Source of the DNA: Catajapyx aquilonaris
Taxonomy: Eukaryota
Direction of reading: 5' to 3'
Length of the DNA: 40,890 nt
Assembly (NCBI GenBank): GCA_000934665.2
Contig: JYFJ02003514.1
Location: forward strand, 1-40,890
Below the pieces are notes generated by a model. The model did no database searches. It was not told the origin of the DNA and saw only the letters and a list, made by a program, of their open reading frames with translations. This document shows, piece after piece, positions 35,679 through 40,890 of the stretch. A program made the translations under genes and the position numbers. Every line of letters begins with the position of its first letter. The stretch's first letter is position 1.

Positions 35679-35860
35679 ATCGATATACGTATATTAAGTC
35701 CAGTTGTCTGCCCGGAAACGTGGAGCTATGACGTCACATCGCCTCAGGACGTCACCCATAAATATCGATGTATCAGCACATTTAGAAAGGAAATATCGAT
35801 ATTTTTATTTACAACACCCCGCATGCCGAGCCAATATATCGATATTTATGCGATTTTGAT
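35679..35860. repeat. Second ATCGAT-rich block related to 1230-1623
   Basis: TATCGATA at 35794 and 35837, near matches at 35679 and 35763. Shares TCGATATTTATGC with position ~1456. Confidence 0.5.
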
Positions 35861-36618
35861 ATAATACGCAGGTATGCAAGCAACAATAGCCGCTTCCAGG
35901 CTTACTGATCAAAAGGCCCATCCCAAATTTTTTTCCCCGGGCTTTAAAAGCGTACAGTAGGATTTTGCAGGGTGGGTGCACTTATTACCCGGTTGTAAGC
36001 CCAGCGTGGGCAATAACGCAGGCACCGCTTGATCCTTCCCTAACCCGCTAGAATAACGTTCCGCAGGATCAATCCGATAGCCTGACCTAATACCGAGGCC
36101 TCCCATACCCCCCCCCCCCTCTAGGGGTTATTTCTGGAAGGGATCCTTTTTTCCCCCTCCATTGCCCCTAGGTTGCGGTCCATTGGATCCAGCTGCCGAA
36201 ATTTTCTTCAGGAGGGGTGAAGAAGACGGCAATGAATGGTAGGGGGACACCGGTTGTATATAGAGACGGTACCGACCGCATTTCGAGCATCATGATCATA
36301 CCAGCAATTCACACATTGGTGTTAATTGCTTTATAATACCCCCTTGTTTACCAAACCGGTGTTTGGACAGCCCTGGCAACACTTTCTGACATCCTACTTG
36401 AAAGAAAAGGAACCCTCCGTCTTTTCAGGTCCCAGAAAGAAAAAAAAAAACTCTCGGCACGTCTGGGGTGAACTAACAATCAGGTTGGGGGAGAAGTGCC
36501 AGAGGGGTAGGTTGTAACCCCAGCCAATATTCTCCAACACGGTCGTTCCAATTCCAGGTCCGTCTGGTAAAACGAGCTCGGTTTTCGCCTGAAGATGATG
36601 CATTTTCTATGAATTGAA

Positions 36619-36654
36619 CGCATGTGTTCTGCGCATATGCGCAGAACACATGCG
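36619..36654. repeat. Perfect 36-bp spacerless palindrome
   Basis: CGCATGTGTTCTGCGCAT|ATGCGCAGAACACATGCG; the two 18-nt halves are exact reverse complements. Confidence 0.97.
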
Positions 36655-38161
36655 CACTGCCATAACAAAGATTCCCAACGTCAAACAATTCCCATCTTAG
36701 GATCCTGCCCCAGCCAAGACGACCGAAAATTTTAGGTATGAATTTTCAATTACTGGGAAGCAGTAATGAGCCGGGTCTGCTGCTTTGAAATTAATCGACA
36801 AGATGTGGACAAAGAGATGGCGGGTTACTTGGTGATAGATTACCTTATTAGCTCCCTCAGGATTGGAAAGTCGGCAAGAAAAACGCGGAATATAAACTAT
36901 CCTCGTCCTTTCTCCAGCTGGCAATTTGTCAGGGCCAATGACAACCGAAATTACTTCAAACTCTATTTCGGACAGTGGCTCCTGCTATAGACACGCGGTT
37001 AATACTAGCACCATTACTTTCTTCCTCTTTAAGTGGTCGTTTTCTGTCTTTAACACGACGGTGGTACCCGGCATCAAAATTGAATCCACCGACGTCATCT
37101 GGGCCTACTTCCGTGTTCACACCTTAGCTTAGCTTACCAGAATAGCTCGAGTTAGCCAGACCACTAATGATATCAGCTGGAATCCCTTCACCGCAACAAA
37201 CCGCGAATATTTTTTGCAAGCGCATCGCACCGTGCAAAAAATTTCACGCCCACAACTTTCCTTTTTAGCCTATAATGAAGTCCCTGCAGAAGAAACGGTA
37301 TGGAAACTTCACGAATCCGCAAATTCGGATTGTTGTTCGTGAAAATCCTCCACAAATCATTTATTAAATCAGGTGATGATTAAAATTCAGCATAAATCTT
37401 CAATAAATTGGTTACGTACTATCCGTAGTGACTTCACACGCATCTACATCACGCATCATCTATTACAGACCAAGTGAGTTCTTAAACGCTTCATAAATCC
37501 TCTATATAATTTATGAACCCCATCTATAAACCATTCATTAATTATAATCTAATCCACATATGTCATACACCGAATCAAGAAGTAGCTTCTCGCTGTGCAT
37601 ATGGCGAGCAGCTCGCGCGTTGAAGTCTCCAGCGACACGGCCATTGCAAAAAGGACACAGCTCCGTTAATCCCCTCCGAGCATATGTTCCCTTGATAAAC
37701 ATCGGGAAAGAGGAGGTTGATATCTGCGAGAAGGAAGAGAGAGGGGGTGGTGGGGGCTGATGAAGCCTGCCAAGTCCCGACATACACCGTGGGCGTGCTG
37801 CAAAGCACTTTAATCATCATTTGTTCCTTGGTAACGGGCTTGTCTCTAAACCCCGCCGGTGTGGAAAAGCCGGAAGAAGCGGGGCCCTCGTCCATTTCCA
37901 TACCCCCTCTTCTAATGAGCTCTTATGAAAAGCTGTCTGAATGATTTCGGCGGGGGCCGGCCCCCGAGTCCCTTTTCGACTGACCGCTGCGACGGACAGG
38001 GGTGGAGTCGCCGGGGTTTTCGGACAAGTCAGCCCTCAGGGGAAATATCCACAGAATGTCTGAGGAATTGTGGGAATAACTTTAGTTTTCGACCCCCCAC
38101 TCATGTATGAGTGAAATTCCAGATAACCGTTACTCCTATTGTAACTAGAAAGAAGTCGAAA

Positions 38162-38397
38162 GTCGCCAACATCTGACGTCACGTCGTCTCTGATTGGCTG
38201 GAGTCATTTTGAACTGATGTGTCCTATGGAGGCTGCCATCTTACGTTTCTATGGATCTGACGTCAGAGCCGGCCACTTTCAACACGTAAACAGTTAAACA
38301 TTCAAGAAGGTGACCGGGCCAAGTTGGCCATCTGGAGTAAATAGTTCAAAAATTACTCCAGTCAATCTGAGACGACGTGACATCAGAAGTTGGCGAC
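38162..38397. mobile_element. MITE with ~54-bp inverted arms (possibly hAT-related terminus)
   Basis: GTCGCCAACATCTGACGTCACGTCGTCTCTGATTGGCTGGAGTCATTTTGAACT (38162-38215) versus the reverse complement of 38343-38397, GTCGCCAACTTCTGATGTCACGTCGTCTCAGATTGACTGGAGTAATTTTTGAACT: five substitutions and one indel. No TSD resolved. Confidence 0.88.
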
Positions 38398-40890
38398 CAC
38401 GTTGTCACAGTATCACTGATGTCATTTGGAACTTTCTGCTCTTAGAATCGCTGCTGTTAAGAGCGATTCAAACCTGTGTTGAAACGACTGAAAGAACTTC
38501 ACCCCACCCCCATAATGCAAGGAAAGTGTAGCCAAAACGAAATAATTACATCGCCCATTCAGAGCGTAATCTGCACGTACCGGACTCCAGATTACACCCT
38601 CTCCGGGTATTAAGCCCCCGAAATCAAACGGTGGATGCAATAAACACAGGTAAATACAGCCCTGGGAGTATCAACCACAGCCTTATTAACCGGATAGCCA
38701 TCCACAGTTAAGGCCGCCGCAAGTGTCCGGCGCATTGCCCCCCGGTAGATGGCGTTAAGAGGGGTCAAGCAACATCCTCCCCCCCCCCCACTCCGCAACG
38801 CAAACATGGCGGACCTAAGGGGTGTAAATGGGGCTGTGATTCTCAAACATTAACCCAGGAGGTGAGGGCCTAACTTTTTCCTCTCCCAAACTTTTGGGCC
38901 GCGCGGGTTGTTAATAAGCGCCGCATTTGCTCGCGATAATCTGCGCGTAATGTCTCATCCGCGGTTTTTGGTACCGAGCCCCGTGTTTGCACTGTAAATC
39001 CGGGGGACTCTACCAAAAAAAAAAGTGTTCCGGAGGGATGAAGATGGACTCAGGCCGGAAGGGCACTCCGGAATGTGGGGGTATGCTACGTATCGAATGA
39101 TACGCCAGCTTTCCACTCTAGATTTTAGCGAGTAATCCACACCGCCATTAGTCCGACGGCCCAGATTAAGTGTCAAGAAGGAAATAATTCGGCCAGATAG
39201 CATGGTTCAGCGTGATTAGTGTTGCTGGTACGTCTCGTGACTCCAGCTCATTTACAGTAAAAAGGAGGCTGGGTTTGGAATAGCAATTTTCATTTTAAAA
39301 CCCGCATCAAGTAAGGTCAGTTGTGACCCTGGATTGCCTATTGTGGCCCTGCCAGTCACGATGATTATTTTAAAAAACTGACCCGTATGTCACCAATTAG
39401 TGGTCAGCCCGTACATTGGTTGTACCCTCGAGGTATGGCAGAAAAAATAGTCGAGTCCTGTCCGGGATATCACACCAGGCCCCCGGATAAAAAGCTGGAG
39501 TGTTAGGAGCGGTAAGTGGAATTTGTGAGACACTTGGGTATGCTGACGGTGCTTTGGCGGCTACTATCCCACCGTACCAAAATAGAATTTCAAATTTTCC
39601 TTCCCTTTATGGGACCCGGCTCGTATATTTCAATGAGAAAAACACCCAGCTTCCACCCAGTATTTTGATACCGGGCCTAGGGTTTACTTAAAACCAGGTG
39701 GGAAATTCGACCACCTTATTTTTCAACAGTGCTGCTTGATATATCCACTCCAAATTAATATCGCGCCGGGAGAGAAATGACTTCCATAAATAAAAAAGGG
39801 GGACGAATCTACCAAAAAGCAATATTTCTGCAGAAAAAAATATAATTATATATCCTTCTGACTCACCCTGCACATTGCACTTGACAGCCAGACTTATTAG
39901 CATCCATATGAGAATATTTATTCCGAACGTGGTGTCGCTGTTCATTTCTAGGAGGATTAGCTACTGCTGGCTGTCCATCAAGCCATTCTTAGGGGGGGCC
40001 TTCAGAAGGGGACTAAGACCTTCTTCCACGTGTGAACTTTGCCAAATGGTAATCTTGGAACCGGCCATTAGCATTTTTCCAGGCTAGATAAGAAAGGCAT
40101 TAGGCTGCTGGAGGGATAGATAAAAATTGGCGGAGAGAAATGACAAACTAGGATTTGACTGCATTCCAGTAAACAGGCCCCCTTCTTTTCAAGCTAGTAA
40201 AAAAATATATATACGGGGCGTGATTGACTTCCATTGTTGTTTTGCAGCGACGCCAACCCCCTGGTGTATGCTTTTGTCCCCACGTGTAGGGGCCGTTACA
40301 AGCGCGATAAAAGGCAACAGCTGGACAGGAAATGTCCGAATCTTTGCATACCAAATGACCTGTTGCGCCCCTATATAAATGTGACCGAAATATTGAGTCA
40401 ACTTGGGGACCGACTGATTGACATGTAAGTCGGATTAGAGGACAAAACATGGCAGAAAATCCGGTCCGTCCTAATGGCGTCTAATCCGGGGCTAAATAAT
40501 GCGGGCCACTCTAATGGCCCTGGTGTATACACAGCCATGGGAAAAAAATGGCGTCAAGGTGTGGAGTATATTGATTCCCATATCGCACCTGAGGGTGCTG
40601 ACTCGACACGTGTTTGGCGTGTGTACGGTTAATTAGCTTCCGGATTCTGCACACACCATCCGGTGCGGTGGGAGAAAAACACTGATAAAAATCCGGGGGG
40701 TCCAAAATACGCTTGATGGTCGATCCAACTCATGTCGACATGGATCAACCTCCTTCGCCATCGATGTACTTACCTAGAAAGAGAGAAAAATGTAAAAATT
40801 AGTATACGAGGCAAGTTTGGTTAATGAAGATGTGCTGATAGAAAGTTTTGCAAATGCGGAAATTATTTCTCGGCGAGTCGAAACTTCTTG

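Noticed and set aside
5773..37335. Partial matches to conserved miRNAs recalled from memory (miR-124-like ~5773, miR-375-like ~8813, miR-315-like ~14464, miR-184-like ~21921, miR-8-like ~25648, miR-10-like ~37320)
   Set aside because: Each match is only 10-12 nt, diverges over the rest of the mature sequence and shows no suitable precursor hairpin; such matches are expected by chance.
1..40890. The supplied ORF track as protein-coding genes
   Set aside because: All ORFs are at most 165 aa, many lack a true ATG start, they overlap in conflicting frames, and their composition is driven by homopolymers. I recognised no domain, including transposase or reverse transcriptase.

Overview
This window reads as non-coding eukaryotic DNA, either a large intron or an intergenic region. 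It is probably from an arthropod, an inference from the Tc1/mariner-style TA|CAGGGTG ends, a TTAGG motif and TATCGATA clusters. None of the six-frame ORFs resembles a protein family I recognise, and there is no operon-like packing, rRNA or CRISPR array. The supportable content is: short non-autonomous inverted-repeat elements (MITE-like, at 8.9-9.4, 25.1-25.3, 32.7 and 38.2-38.4 kb), a tRNA-like Pol III element at 27.44-27.52 kb with a degenerate relative at 28.5 kb, a young 30-bp minisatellite, microsatellites, a perfect 36-bp palindrome, G-quadruplex motifs and one weak candidate first coding exon (8218-8348). The recurring theme worth following up is that these repeats carry dense clusters of chromatin or promoter factor motifs (DRE, YY1/Pho, CTCF-like, CRE plus CCAAT). 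I did not find convincing evidence of a novel multi-gene system. All motif-function statements are untested inference from reading the sequence by eye.
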